This document shows positions 32,150 to 45,477 of a DNA stretch of 64,000 nt, piece by piece. The stretch is from positions 24,180,001 to 24,244,000 of the forward strand of contig NC_083227.1 of the NCBI RefSeq assembly GCF_032191835.1, written 5' to 3'. Both the position numbers and the translations under genes were made by a program. Positions within the stretch are counted from its first letter, which is position 1. Every line of letters starts with the position of its first letter. The notes beneath the pieces were generated by a model that worked only from the letters and a program-made list of their open reading frames with translations, was not told the DNA's origin and made no database searches. The stretch comes from Heteronotia binoei (taxonomy: Eukaryota).

Positions 32150-32565
32150 AGTTCAAGGCAGTATATTTCTACATGCGACTCTCACCATCCTCTTATCTTT
32201 TGGACATTACTCGAGACACAGATGGGCTTTTTCAAAAGTCTGCTTTAATGCCTTTCCTTCTGCCGTTCTAAGCGGTAGATTTTCCAACTTGCCTACCCAA
32301 CAGCACTGTTGCCCTTGTTCGAGTAATGCAATTGAGGCTCTCGCACACATACTTTTACACTGTACCCTCTATCAGGATGAGAGATGTCAAATACTTATCC
32401 CACTACTCTCTACATTTAAACCTTTGCAAGACTATATTGACCTCAGACCTGAAATATTGCAGACATTCTTGTTAAGGGATAGCCAGCAACGGGTAACATG
32501 TGTGGTAGCAAAATTCTGTGTATTAGCTCTTAGGAGAAGGAATTGTGTGATTAAGGGAATGTAAT
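32150..32565 (+). mobile_element. Non-LTR retrotransposon ORF2 C-terminal fragment with a CCHC motif
   Basis: AVLSGRFSNLP...CPCSSNAIEALAHILLHCTLY; clade not assigned. Confidence 0.6.
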
Positions 32566-32569
32566 TAGA

Positions 32570-33032
32570 TTCACAGAGTTGAAGGGGAGCTCCAGGGTCA
32601 TCTAGTCCAAACCCCTGCACAATGCAGGAAACTCACAAATACCTTCCCCTAAATTCATAGGATCTTCATTGCTGTCAGATGGCCATCCAGCCTCTGTTTA
32701 AAAACCTCCAAGGAAGGAGAGCCCACCACCTCCCAAGGAAGCCTGTTCCACTGAGGAATTGCTCTAACGGTCAGGAAGTTCTTCCTAATGTTGAGACGGA
32801 AACTCTTTTGATTTAATTTCAACCGATTGGTTCTGGTCCTACCTTCCGGGGCCACAGAAAACAATTCCACACCGTCCTCTATATGACAGCCCTTCAAATA
32901 CTTGAAGATAGTGAGCATATCACCTGTCAGTTGCCTCCTCTCCAGGCTAAACATCCCCAGCTACTTCAATCTTTCCTCACAGGACTTGGTCTCCAGACCC
33001 CTCACCATCTTCGTCGCCCTCCTCTGGACCCA
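32570..33032 (-). mobile_element. CR1 LINE 3' end
   Basis: MLTIFKYLKGCHIEDGVELFSVAPEGRTRTNRLKL...WNRLPWEVVGSPSLEVFKQRLD. Confidence 0.85.
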
Positions 33033-34842
33033 AGTAGAATTTATTTTTATGTACATTTACAAATCTGTTATTTGCTTCAAACTGGCTGGTCCTTGGACCG
33101 CAATAAAGAATTGATTGATAGACTGACACATGACTCTATATGCATAGAGAATGAGTGAGCATCAATGGGCTGGCTCTGTCCTTCACCTCCACTGATTCAT
33201 CAGCACAGCATCTATGCACATAGCATGTATGAACAGAGCTTCTATCCCTGAAACTGGAAGCTCTGCTTGTTTAATATTCTCAATTGTAGAGAGGGACAAT
33301 CATGCCTAGTTGCCCGCTGGCAGATCCCTGGGGCGGAGCCCAGTGAGGATAGCAGGAATGCCTTTTGGCAGGGTATAAAGTACACCAAAGATCAGTTGTA
33401 ATTCCAAGAGATCTCCATCCCCCCACCTGGAGATTGGTAACCCAGATATGCTTACCACCCGGCAATTGTGCATAAATGGGAGAGGGGCCAGTGCACTCAT
33501 GCTCCCTCCCTCTTGGGAGCACATTACTCTGATGCTCAAAGGATCATTCACAGAGGACTAAGAATGGCTCAAATCAGTGAGTCCATCTGCTAGGCTCACA
33601 GGCAACCAATCAGGATACACATGAAATCAAGTTCTGCTGGGGCAATGAATCCGCCTTCTGGGGCAGGAATCCTTCCAAAGCACACAATATCCTCCAGCTA
33701 TCCACAACTTAGTTCCACTGTTGGGACTCCAAGGTAGGGATGCCAACCTCCAGGTAGGAAATATTCACTCAGCACAGAACTTGCACTTGTTGTTTGTGGA
33801 GTCTGTATTTGTATGATTGTGGATTGATTTGGATACTGTGCTTATGGAATGTTTGGATTACCGTGGTGTTTGTGAACAGTATTATGTGCAAATTCTGTAC
33901 TGAGTGAATATACAAAAATAATTAATGCTATAGTGAATTTTCTGGAGAATTTTTTTTCCAACTGAGGCTGTGTTCCCTGTGTTTTGCTTGCCAAACCTCC
34001 AGGTAGGGCCTGTAGATTTCCCAGAATTACAGGTGACCTCCGGACTAAAGAGTTCAGTTCCTCTGGAGAATTTGAAGAGTGGACTCTATGGCACTGAAGG
34101 CCCTCCCACCCCTGGCCAAACCCCACCTTCTCCAAGGTCCATCTCCAATTCTCCGATTAGTGCTCCCTCTAAACTGAGTTAGTGTAAGCTAGCTCACGTT
34201 TTTAGCCTCCAGTTCGCACATTTTTTGTTCTCGCTCAGGAATGATTACCCCAGAGCACACTAATTTCTGCAGTAGCTCGCAACTTTAATATCAATAGCTC
34301 ACTCACAAAGTAGAATTTTTGCTCACAAGACTCTGCAGCTTAGAGGGAACATTGGTCTCAACCTGGAGTTAGTAACTCCTACCCGAGGGGCAGTCAACTT
34401 GCCTTTATCACAGAATGGAGAGGAGCAGACAGGAAATTGCCCCTCAGGTGTTTTTTTTATGGGGGGGGGGGCGGCATGGGGCCAGCTCGACTCCCATCCC
34501 CAGCCACACCAAAATCTCCAGTGATGCCCACGCGCCTCTGCCTTCCCGTTGCCAACTGGCCAGGAGAAATTCCAGTCTGCCCTGTTCTTGAGCTTTTAGC
34601 GGGGGTTTGGTTTGCAAAAACAAAGCTCTACGTGGGAATCTGCTCCCAGCTCTGAGAGATCCCTCCTCAGCTCAAGGGACCACATCCAGAACTAGCAGCC
34701 TTCGCTGGGAACAGGGAAGGGGCCGGCCTGACCTCGTCCTTCCTCGCCCTGCACCTGGGATTCAGAGAGAACGCCCCCCCCCCCTTTACAGATTGCTCAG
34801 CCCCGGGGATTTGCTCCCCACCCCCGCCAGGCACGTCTTTAC

Positions 34843-35000
34843 CTTTCCAAGTACCCCCCAACCCGGCTCCAGCTGAGATTCTCCAACTGTGTTGCAAGAA
34901 AAGTCGGTAGAAAAGGAGGAAATTGGAGGACTTTAATAGTTCTGGCCTCCCCCTTGCTTCCCGTCTAGGAAATGCATCTCTGTCACTTTAACCCTTTCCT
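34843..35000 (-). promoter_or_regulatory. Putative non-coding first exon/promoter of gene B
   Basis: GGAAAG|GTAAAG donor at 34841-34842; paralogous to the gene A and C regions. Confidence 0.55.
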
Positions 35001-35149
35001 ACTCAGATCAAAGGTTTGCTCAATTTGTTAACTTTACTATTCTGTCATTGACGATAAATTTGTACCATTTGGCATTCTAACCCACTCCCTACCAGATACT
35101 GTCATTGAATCTTAAATTTGTACCAGTTTGCATTCTGAGCCACTGACTA

Positions 35150-35315
35150 CCAGCTGTGTGTGGCTTTGCTCACTGTGCCGGATTCCTCGTCTGATGAAGT
35201 GTGCTTAGAGAGCACACGAAAGCTTACGTTCCAAATAAAACTAAGTTAGTCTTAAAGATGCAGCTTAACTCCTATTTTGTTCTACTACTTCAGACCAACA
35301 CGGCTGACTACTTGG
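35150..35315 (+). mobile_element. Penelope-like pLTR terminus
   Basis: CTGATGAAG...GAAAGCTTAC...AATAAAAC...GTCTTAAAG...TTCAGACCAACACGGCT, as in reptile Penelope/Neptune ends. Confidence 0.7.
35188..35228 (+). ncRNA. Minimal type I hammerhead ribozyme motif
   Basis: CGU-CUGAUGA-A-GUGUGC/GCACAC stem II-GAAA-GC-UU^ACG; palindromic AAGCUU in place of stem III. Confidence 0.7.
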
Positions 35316-36080
35316 ACCTTTCCTATCCTTGTAGGCAATACCCCCTTCGTTTAAGTCAGGGATGACCAAATTTGCTTAAGGTAAGAGCCACATAGAATAA
35401 ACGTCAGATGTTTGAGAGCTGGAAGGGAGGTGTTTTTGTTTAAAAGGAAGTTTGAAAATCGGTGCCTTTCTATTCGACCCCACCAGGACTTCTGCTCTTT
35501 AATCCCAGAGGTTAAAGGATGAGCGGTAGTTACTCAGCCCTGGTGCCAACGGCACTCTATTTATGCACAGAGGCACAGTTGCAAAGGTGGCAGAAAGAAG
35601 GCATCTCTGGTTGGAGCAATATCAGCTGTTGCACAAGTCTGGTATCTAACACTGTTCCCCACGCTTAGGATTGCCAGGTCTGTGTTGGAAAATACCTGGA
35701 GACTTTGGGGGTGGATTGGGGAGACGGATGGGGAGAGGCCTCTGCAAGGTCCAGTGCCATAGAGTCCACCCTCCAAAGCAGCCATTTTTCTCCAGGGGAG
35801 CTGATCTCTGCCAGCTGGAGATCCGTTGGAAAAGCAGATCTCCAGGCCCCACCAGGAGGCTGGCAACCCTACCGCACCTGATCATATGACTCAAATTGGT
35901 TCCTTATCAATGAATCCAGTCTTAAAATCTGGAAATATGTAATAGCAGCTCTCTGCCCCTAAATAAGCTGAGGGCCTCTACTGGCTGCCACCACTCTGGT
36001 ACAGGGCAATCTGGGAGGGCCCAGAGTAACCACCCAACCCCTCTCTTCTTTCTCTGCATGTACCTTTTATCTGTGAGAGG

Positions 36081-36518
36081 TGTACAGACCTAGGCAGTAT
36101 AACAATAATAGGTTTATTGTAAGTGCTCAAAACAAGTGGTTTTAATTATTAGTGTGACAGTGAACGTGAAAAACAGTAAAGGTGGTGCAAAGCAAAATAA
36201 AAACCCTGATGCGACTAACTACACATTCCCTTCCTCTTAATTCCAACTGACTCGCCACTCTTTGGATAAGGGATCCGTCTCCTGACCACAGCCTTCCTCC
36301 AGCCCAGCCTTTCCAAGGAGAACACTCCTTCTCTAGCTAGTCCTTTTGTTTCTTCCCAGGTTCCATCATCTTTTCTTCACTGGGCAAGTTTTCCCTTCAA
36401 AACTTCTGCCCACTCAATCAGAGAGACAGAAGGGATACTGGGAAATGTAGGCCTGCTTGCTACTCTAACACAGATTTCCCTGGAGTCTGAAGGCCACACC
36501 AGGCCTAGGACCATGACA
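36081..36518 (-). mobile_element. Candidate solo LTR
   Basis: TG...CA ends with a short imperfect IR (CCTAGG), AATAAA on the minus strand and a ZNF143-like motif at 36437-36451; no TSD found. Confidence 0.35.
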
Positions 36519-37362
36519 TAAGCTTTGGGTCAGTGATGCTCTGCCTTCTTGGTGCTTTGGAGGGGGGGGCAACAGTGTAAGGGCTTTTGGTCCCACTGAT
36601 GGACCTCCTGATAGCACCTGGTTTTTGGCCACTGTGTGACACAGAATGTTGGACTGAATGAACCCTTGGCCAGATCCAACATGGCTTCTCTTATGTTCTC
36701 ACCAACATATCAGACACCCCCACATTCAGAGGACCAAGTCCTTGTTTTTGGTAAAAATGCGTCAGGTCCAGTGAGAAAATTTAAACAAAACACACGCAGA
36801 ACACATTTGCACTAGAATAATCCTTTGTGCACTTGATTAACACTGATTTTTAAACACAATCTACATGAAACCTGGTTGAATTTAGTTGGGCAGCATAATA
36901 GGCTAACAAATCACTTCCCTTCCTTCTCTCAGAATTTACTGGACAGGGGAATTCGCATTCCTTCCAAGATAATACCACTGAAGTTTGTTCTCCCACAAAA
37001 TTGTTCTCTAACCTCAGGCACTTCCAGAGTAGTGTAGGGCACCCACAGAACTCTTCAAAAGGAATCCTTCTGGAAAACCTCTTATTCTCTGTCACAACCT
37101 CAAAAGTTTTCAGATCACATGTTGAAAATAAATGTATCCCAGCCAAAGTTACTTCCACTGTATTACATAGACAGTATTTTAAAATTCTTTTGTGTAATGA
37201 AGAGCGTGTTGCAGAGAAATATTTTCTACTTTATATTATATATATTTTCCAACCTATGTTCTTATTTTACTTCTGCCAAAAGTAGCAGCAAATATGCCAT
37301 ATTGAGTATTGCAGCAATGGTGAAACTAAGAAATTAATTTAGAAATAGATTTGTGATGAAAT

Positions 37363-37968
37363 TAGGCTTGCCAATCCCCAGGTCCCGGCACCTCTGGAGG
37401 CTTCAGTCTCCGATTGAAAGGCTTCCTCTTGGAATGAGGGGTCTGAAGAAGTTCGTGAGTAGAGCAGCAATTCGTGAGTAGAGAGGCCAATCCCTCGCTT
37501 CAGTTGCCAGAAACGGGGGAGGGGGGGAGAGGGAGGGAAACGCCTGCTGAGCACTTCATTATTTCCTATGTGGAGATCGATTCTCATAGGGTGTAATGGG
37601 GAATTGATCTGGAGGTTTTGGGGGCTCTGGGGGAGCTGTTTTTTGAGGTAGAGGGACCAAATTTTCAGGATAGTATCTAGTGCCTCTCCCCAAATTACCC
37701 GCAAGGTTCAAAACGATTGGACCAGGGGGTCCAATTCTATGAGCCCCAAAAGAAGGCGCCCCTATCCTTCATTATTTCCTATGGAAGGAAGACATTTAAA
37801 AAGGTGTGATGTCCCTTTAAATGTGATGGCCAGAACTCCCTTTGAGTTCAATTATGCTTGTCACACCCTTGTTCCTGGCCCCGCCCCCAATGTCTCCTGG
37901 CTTCGCCCCCAATGTCTCCTGACTCCACCCCCAAAGTCCCCAGATATTTCTTGGACTTGGCAACCCTA
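37363..37968. mobile_element. AGGGTTGCC-type MITE with TA TSD
   Basis: Termini TAGGCTTGCCAA / TTGGCAACCCTA; an empty-site paralog is visible near 38735. Confidence 0.8.
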
Positions 37969-39299
37969 GATGAAATGTAAAATGCTGAATATAAACGTAT
38001 CCCAACAGAGGTCATTCTTATTGCTCCAAAAACCTTCTAACGTAATGTGGTGGATAGAAATATTTGTTTTTTTATCGTTTTTTTGTTCATGATATATAAT
38101 CACTTCTTTTTTTGCATTTTCTTTATATTATCTGTTTGGTTTCCTATACTCTTAAGGGAATGTTTCTTCAGGGTTTCATCCACTTTTTCCCTTTCTGGTC
38201 TGAAAACTGTGTTATGTGTAAAAAGCTTTCAGAGCCCAAAGGAAAAAGTAAAGGAAACCCAGCAGAAACATTCAGAGCTTTATTTTCAGAAGAATTATGC
38301 CTGCCACAGACAATAACAGCTTTCAATGCAAAACAAACAGGGAAATGGAAGGTTCTGGGGATTTTGTAGGCTAGAATGTTTTGATTACTTTAATGTTTGA
38401 CAGTGTAACTCCCATGATCATATGGAAGCCACTTGCCAGTTTTGAGTCTCTTCACTTTATTTTCTGAGGAGTTATGTATGCCACAGATGCAGAGGTGGAC
38501 AGACAGACAAGATGCTTTCATTTATATAGATGACATCTGATTTTATTTTTTCTAATTTTTGTGATCCTGGTCCTCTTTCATTGTTCTTTGGATGTCTCAT
38601 GTTATATACACATATATGTATTTTCCTATCTGTATTCTTGTTATATTACCTCTGCCAAAAGTAACAGCAAGTATGCCATACTGAGTACTGCAGCGAGGGT
38701 GAAACTAATAAATTATTTTAGAAATAGATTTATGATAAAATTTGAAATGTAAAATGTTGAATATTGACGGCATTGTCTTGCCCTATGGAATCGGCTTCAA
38801 ATCCCAGTGAAACAGGTCAGCTATAAATAAAGTACAGAAATAAATCAATGAGGGGCCATCTGCTTGGCATGCTGAAGGTCCCAGGTTCAATCCCTGGCAT
38901 CTCCAGTTTAAAAGATTTGGTAGGAGGTGATGAGAAAGACCCCTACCTGAGACTTTGGAAAGCTGTTGCCAGTCTGAGTAGACAAGACATCGATGGACCA
39001 GTGATTTGAGTCAGTATAAGGCAGCATATGTTCAGATATGTAATATGCACTGAGATTTATTAAATCAGAGAAGCTTGTTCTACACTCAGAGCATTTTTAC
39101 AGTTTCTCTTGTCTGAGTTCTTTGATGGTTAAAAACAGCCAAGATGTTTTTTCCCACGGGGGTGATATTTACATGCCTCTTCTCAAGAATGAATTTGGTG
39201 TTTTGTAAGGTGATAGCACAAGATGGGTAGGCATGTTACTCTGTCCGTAGCCATAGGAAAAAGCAAGAGACCAGTAGCACCTTAAAGATTAGTAACATT

Positions 39300-39580
39300 T
39301 GTGAGTTTTTGTGATGATAATATTGGATTTATATCCCACCCTATACTCTGAATCTCAGAATGGTCACAATCTCCTTTACCTCTCTCCCCCCCCCAACAAC
39401 AGATACCCTGTGAGGTAGGTGGGGCTAAGGGAGCTCTGACAGAAACTGCCCTTTCAAGGACAACTCCTATGAGATCTATAGCTAACCCAAGGCCATTCCA
39501 GCAACTACAAGTGGAGGAGTGGGGAATCAAACCCGGTTCTCCCAGATAAGAGTCCGCACACTTAACCACTACAACAAACT
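39300..39580 (-). mobile_element. tRNA-derived SINE (Squam3-like) in the 3' region of gene C
   Basis: Reverse complement of the 12270 family. Confidence 0.8.
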
Positions 39581-39788
39581 GCTCACTCTTCATAATGTTT
39601 ATTTGGCAGGAAAAGCTTTTGCCACAAACTGAGCAGCAATATGGTTTTCGATCTGTGGATTCCTCAATGCCACTGAAGGCCTGACATCTCACTGTTTCTC
39701 ATTCTAGGTTCTGAACACTGATGTGGTTTCTCCCTGTGTGGATCCTCTGGTGCCACAAAGGTCAGGCTGAGGAACTGAATTTCTTTCA

Positions 39789-41065
39789 TCACTCAGGAGA
39801 TTTCTCCTCCATGTGGATTCTTTGATGCTTCCTCAGGGATGATATCCAATTAAACTTCTTTCCACATTCAGAGCATTGGAACAGTTTCTCCCCAGTGTGG
39901 GTCATCTGATGTACCGTGAGGCTAATGCAGTGGCTGAAGCTCCTTTCGCACTCTGAACATTTATACGGTTTCTCCCCTGTGTGGATCCTCTCGTGCTGCT
40001 GAAGGTGGAATGGGGAAATGAATCTCTTTCCACACTCTGAGCACTCATAGGGCTTCTCCCCCGTATGGATGATTTGATGCTGTTGCAGGTGTGATGTGCG
40101 ACTAAAACTACTTTCACACTCAGAGCATTTGTAAGGTTTCTCCCCTGTGTGCGCTCTTTCATGCACCTTGCGGCTTAAGCGGTGACGGAAGGCCTTCCCA
40201 CATTCTGAGCATTTATATGGTTTCTCTCCAGTGTGGATCCTTTCATGGCGTTGAAGGAGGGAACTGAAACTGAATTTCTGCCCACACTCTGAGCATTCAT
40301 AAGGCTTCTCACCAGTGTGGATTCTCTGATGCTGCCGCAGGGTTGACACCCGAGTAAACTTCTTCCCACACTCTGAGCACTGATACGGTTTCTCCCCTGT
40401 GTGGAGTGTCTGATGCTGCTGCAGATGTGATGCCCACCGAAATGTCTTTCCACACTCCAAGCATTTATAAGGTCTCTCTGCTGTGTGTGTTCTTTGTTGC
40501 TCAGTCAGGCTTATGTGGTCACTGACACTCTTCTCAACCTCTGAGCACTGAGACTGTTTCTCTCCTGTTGGGATCACCTGATACTCTTCGTGGTGTGGTT
40601 GCCCACTGTGGCAGTTTTCACTCTCTGGAATTTGGGAGAGATCTTCCCCCTTGTGAATTCTTTCATGCCAAGTAAGAGCTGTCCTCCAACTGAAACTCTC
40701 TCCGCACACTGAGCAATTGTATGGTTTATCTACTGAGTGAATTTCTTGATGTGAAATAAGATTCAAGTTCTGACTTTTCCCAAGCACCACAGTTTCATTT
40801 TTATTTTCCGCTATGTAGATTCTCAGGTGAGTTGTGAGACCTTTATTCCTTCTATTTTGAGTTGCCTTTTCTTCTTGGATTGGAATTTTCTGGAATCCCC
40901 CACCTTGGCAAGGAATGGTTTTATCATTTCTCTCAACATTACCATTTCCATCTTGCCTCTCTAGTCCACCATGATTCCCAAAGTTTCCTTCCAAATCTTC
41001 ATTGTGGACCTTGTCCAATGATAACACCTGGAGTCCTCCATCATTTTCATTCTCCTGTACATCAC
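39789..41065 (-). CDS. SCAN-ZF gene C, last exon: spacer + 9 intact C2H2 fingers
   Basis: TTTCAAGCAG acceptor (41066-41067), phase 1. Exons 711+121+1274 nt give 702 codons; TGEKPY linkers. Confidence 0.9.
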
Positions 41066-41633
41066 CTGCTTGAAACAAAGGCAGAGAGATCTAGTTACCA
41101 CCCTGGCAAGAAGCCAAGTCTCAAAGCTGGCTGTACATTTTATTCCTTTGGGTGGACTTTAAAGAACTTTAAAAGGCCTTCCCTCTTGCCTAGACGCAAG
41201 GAATTCTGGGACTTGTAGTTCTTGAGAACTTGTCACTTCTCCTGGTGCTATATTTTTAGTCTGTCAACATTTTTAAAAAATTTATTAGATTTTTAGTCGC
41301 TTCTCACCCAAAGGGTCTCATGGCAACTAAAAATCCAATAAATAAAAAAATGAAATGATGACAGACTGAAAATGTAGCAAACCAAAGGGCCTCACTGATC
41401 AGAATGTTGTGCGTTCTGATCTCACCCTGCTTCTTACTGGCACTTGCAAATCTCACAAGATTGGACACCCCCTTCTAAGATACCTATCTCTCCATCCCCA
41501 ATGGTAAAGGGGTTGCAACTTGGGCCAACCAGTCCTCCTGGATGCTTGGGCTCCATAGTAAAGTTTACCCACACACAAAGCTATGCTATACTGAATCAGA
41601 CCCTTGATCCATCAAGGTCAGAACTGTCTATCC

Positions 41634-42133
41634 CAGGGGTGTCAAACATGTGGCCTGGGGGCCAAGTCGGGCCCCCAGAGGGTTCCTATCAGGCCTGCAA
41701 GCAAGTCTGCCTCCTTCTCCCTCTCTCCTGCTTCCTTCTGCATCTGAGCTTGCTTTTCCAGGCTTGCTCAATCGCACAGAAGCTACAGAGCAAAGCCTCT
41801 ATTTTCTCCATTGGATGAGGCTCCTCCCTTGAGGAGGAAGAGCTTGCTTTGCCTGGCTCTCTCAATCGCACAGCAGAGCTGAGCCAAGCCTATTTCCTTG
41901 TACTGGCTGAGGCTCCACCCCTCCTCATCCCCTGGGGAGGGAAGGAAAGAGCCAGAGCTTCCTTTACGCAGTTCTCTCGATCACACGGGAGAGATACAAA
42001 AACTTTAATTGTGTTTGTCTGTGTTCATGTGTCTGCTACCTGGCATTACATTTTATGACACACATGGCCCGGCCCGACAAGGTCTCATTTATGTCAGATC
42101 TGGCCCTCAAAACAAATGAGTTTGATACCCCTG
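41634..42133. mobile_element. hAT-type MITE (CAGGGGTGTCAAA termini)
   Basis: TIRs and a near-perfect 8 bp TSD GTCTATCC/GTCTATTC; relatives near 55840-56340 and 58671-59157. Confidence 0.8.
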
Positions 42134-42676
42134 GTCTATTCAGGTTGGCAGCCCCTCTCCAAGGTCTCAGGCAGAGGTCTTTCACATCAACTACTGCCCA
42201 GTCCTTTTAATTGGACATGCCAGGGATTGAACCTGGAATATTCTGCAAGCAAAGCAGAGGGTCTTCCCCTGAGCCACAGCCCCTTCCTTCTTAGGGCCTG
42301 AGTTTTTCAAACCAGGAAGTCACTAAGAAAAAGGCACATCTGGCAGGAAGAGGAATTTACAGAACTTCTGTTCTTGGCTATTGACCTTCATGTCTTCATG
42401 GAACCTCCACGTTCAGGGACAGAATGACAAACAAATGCCAGACAGAGTGGGCTACAGTTGCCAATCCCCAGGTGGGGGCATGAGATCCCCCGGTTTGGAG
42501 GCCCTCCCCCCGCTTCAGAATCATCAGAAAGTGGGGGAGTGGGGAGGGAAATGTCTGCTGGGCACACCATTATTCCCTATGGAGACTGATTCCCATAGAG
42601 TATAATGGAGGATTGATCTGTGGATAACTGGGGCTCCTGGAGGGGCTGTGTTTTGAGGTAGAAGCACAACACGTCC

Positions 42677-42890
42677 CTGGGGAGGGACGGTGGCTCAGTG
42701 GTAGAGCATCTGCTTGGGAAGCAGAAGGTCCCAGGTTCAATCCCTGGCATCTCCAAAAAAGGGTCCAGGCAAATAGGTGTTAAAAACCTCAGCTTGAGAC
42801 CCTGGAGAGCCGCTGCCAGTCTGAGAAGACAATACTGACTTTGATGGACCAAAGGTCTGATTCAGTATAAGGCAGCTTCATATGTTCAAC
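42677..42890 (+). mobile_element. tRNA-derived SINE (Squam2-like)
   Basis: GTGGCTCAGTGGTAGAGC A box, GGTTCAATCCC B box, non-tRNA body ending ATATGTTCA; copies at 38850-39035 and 58395-58600. Confidence 0.75.
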
Positions 42891-43479
42891 ATTTGTAGCA
42901 TAGCATCCAGTGCCTCTCCCCAAAATACCCTCCAAGTTTCAAAAGGATTGGGCAAGGGAATTCAATTCTATGAGCCCCAAAAGTAGGTGCCCCTAGCCTT
43001 CATTATTTTCAATGGAGGGAAGGCATTTAAAAGGTGTGTGGTCCTTTTAAATGTGATGGCCAGAACTCCCTTTGGAGTTCAATTATGCTTGCCACAACCT
43101 TGCTGCTACCTCCACCCCCAAAGTCACCTGGCTCTACCCCCAAAGTCCCCAGATATTTCTTGAATTGGACTTGGCAACCCTAGAGTGGGCAGCAGAAAAT
43201 TACAAACAAAAAAAAAAAAGGCCAGAAGGACTGTGGCCTTCTAGCCCAGCTTGACTTGATGTGAAAGATCTCAGCCCATGACCCTGGAGAGCCGCTGCCA
43301 GTCTGAGTAGACAATAATGACTTTGAGGGAGCAAGAGCCTGATTCGGTATAAGGAAGTTTTATGCGTTCATTCGAGGGCTTACGGGGAGTATCTTGTTGA
43401 CCATTGTAGGAAAGAGGATGAGGGGCTGGGTAGGCCTTAGCGGGGCTCTTCTGCACACCTTAACTTTATTTTGTTTTTA

Positions 43480-43870
43480 TTTATGTATTTATTTACTTTC
43501 CATTTATATCCCACCCGCTCAGGGCGGCTAACAATCAAAATAAAACTAACATCTCAGTTTCTGATATAAAACGATAAGACATAATCATTTACAATTTAAA
43601 ACAAAATATTGGTGCTTCACAACATTTTTAAAAGCTTAGGCGGCTCAGATTGTACTAAACTTTCCATTTATCTGTTGGTGGTCCTTCTGGTGGAGTTGCC
43701 CAGCAGGATAAGAGTGGCAGCCTTCTCCCCTAGTTGTTATATACTTGTTTAAAAAGTTCGGTTTTACAAGCCCTGCAGAATTGGGAGAGATCCTGCAGGG
43801 CTCTTATGGCCTTGGGGAGAGCATTCCACAGCATTGGTGCTGCCACTGAGAAGGCCCTGGCCAATATAGA
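43480..43870 (-). mobile_element. L2 LINE 3' fragment
   Basis: RAFSVAAPMLWNALPKAIRALQDLSQFCRACKTELF, homologous to 59331-59852. Confidence 0.75.
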
Positions 43871-44096
43871 GCCCAGTGGCCTCCCTTGGTCTGGGAACGG
43901 ACAGTAGATTTGGCAGGGTTCCTGCATTTAACTTTCCACTCTGGGCCCTTTCCCCGGAATATCAAACACACTGCGGAATCTAAGGACAGGGTGGCTCCTT
44001 GAAGGGAGGCAAAGAGTCTCTGCTGAGCTCAACCCCAGAAGGAGCTTCCGAGCATCTTGGATCTCAGGCCACAGAAGGCCTCCCCTCCCTCCTTAC

Positions 44097-44217
44097 CCAT
44101 CAGGACAGCCTCTCCATCCTCCTCTTCCTTAATAGGTATTGAAAACTGTTTCTGCTTGCCCTCAGAAGGAGCCTGGCCTGTCTCAGAGATGCTCCCAGAG
44201 GCCTCCTCCAAGGTTAC
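44097..44217 (-). CDS. SCAN-ZF gene C, linker exon (VTLEEASGSISETGQAPSE...), 121 nt
   Basis: GTTGCAG acceptor, G|GTAAGG donor, phase 0 to 1. Confidence 0.85.
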
Positions 44218-45477
44218 CTGCAACAGAAGAGAGGGACCCTTTCAGGATAGAGTGACGGATCTGGGAAGGCGGGTACAGGCTGAAGGATTCTATTCCCTGC
44301 CCCAAGTGTAGCAGGGAAGAAGACCATAGATTTATACCCCACCCTTCTCCCTGAATCAAAGTCCCAGAATGCCTTACATCTCCATTACCTCCCCCCCCCA
44401 CAACAGATACCCTGTGAGGTAGGTGGGCCTGAGAGAGCTCTCCCAGAAGCTCTCCTTTCAAGGACAACTCTTGCAAGAGTTATGGCTGACCCAAGGCCAT
44501 TCCAGCAGCTGCAAGTGGAAGAGTAGGGAATCAAATTCGGTTCTCCCAGATAAGAGCCTGCAAACTTAACTATTACATCAAACTGGGTCTCTCAGAACGG
44601 AGCTTCTTAAATAAATACAGGCATCTTTTGTGGCCTGAATTATAACACAACCAGACTGGTGCAAAAGCAGGTGACCCACATAGAGGAGCGATTTGGCAGA
44701 CAAATAGCCACAGGTTGCCAGTCCCAAATTGGGAGATTACAGAAGATTTGGAGTTGGAACCTGAGGAGGGCAGGGTGAGGGGAAAGGAAGGGCCTCAGCA
44801 GGACCTCCAGTGCTGTCATATTCTCCGGGGGAACTGATCTCCAGTCTGGAGAGGAGTTGTAATTCGGGGAGATCTCCAGGTCCCACTTAGAGGTTGGCAA
44901 CACAAAAACCAGTCATAGATGCTGTGATGATCTAATTGCCAGTTTAGTTAATTGAGATCCATTTTTCCAGACCTCCTGCTAACTCTAAATGTAAATCCAA
45001 CACAAAAATGGATTTTTGAGGATGTGCTCTTTCAGGAAGTGGTGGGGGACCCCATCCACACATCCCTAAACCAAGGGATAAAAGTTGCCAAGTCCTTCCG
45101 CTGGGAATTTCACGCTGAAGATGCTCTAGGACTCATGATAAAACTCTATGGTACCAAAGAGTTTTTACCATGAGTCCCAGAGCATCCCTGGCATGACATC
45201 CCAGGCACGATAACATCACTTCCAGGTAACATCATCGCATTGGGGCTCTTCGGGGGCGGGAGGCCCTCCAGACCCGGGGAATCCCCCACCCCTGGTGGGA
45301 GCTTGGCAGTCCTATGAGAGATAGTGGTCCCAACCCAAACATTCAATATTATCCGAGTTGAATAATGGAGCCAACTGATTAGACAATCATCCCAAAGTGT
45401 TCCCCTTTGACGTTCTCAGGCCCAGCTGCACTCCAGGCCCTCTCGCACTCAAGGCCCACACAGCAGAAGGACCTCAC

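Noticed and set aside
36850-37158. 102 aa minus-strand ORF downstream of gene C
   Set aside because: No recognisable domain, ATG or splice context.
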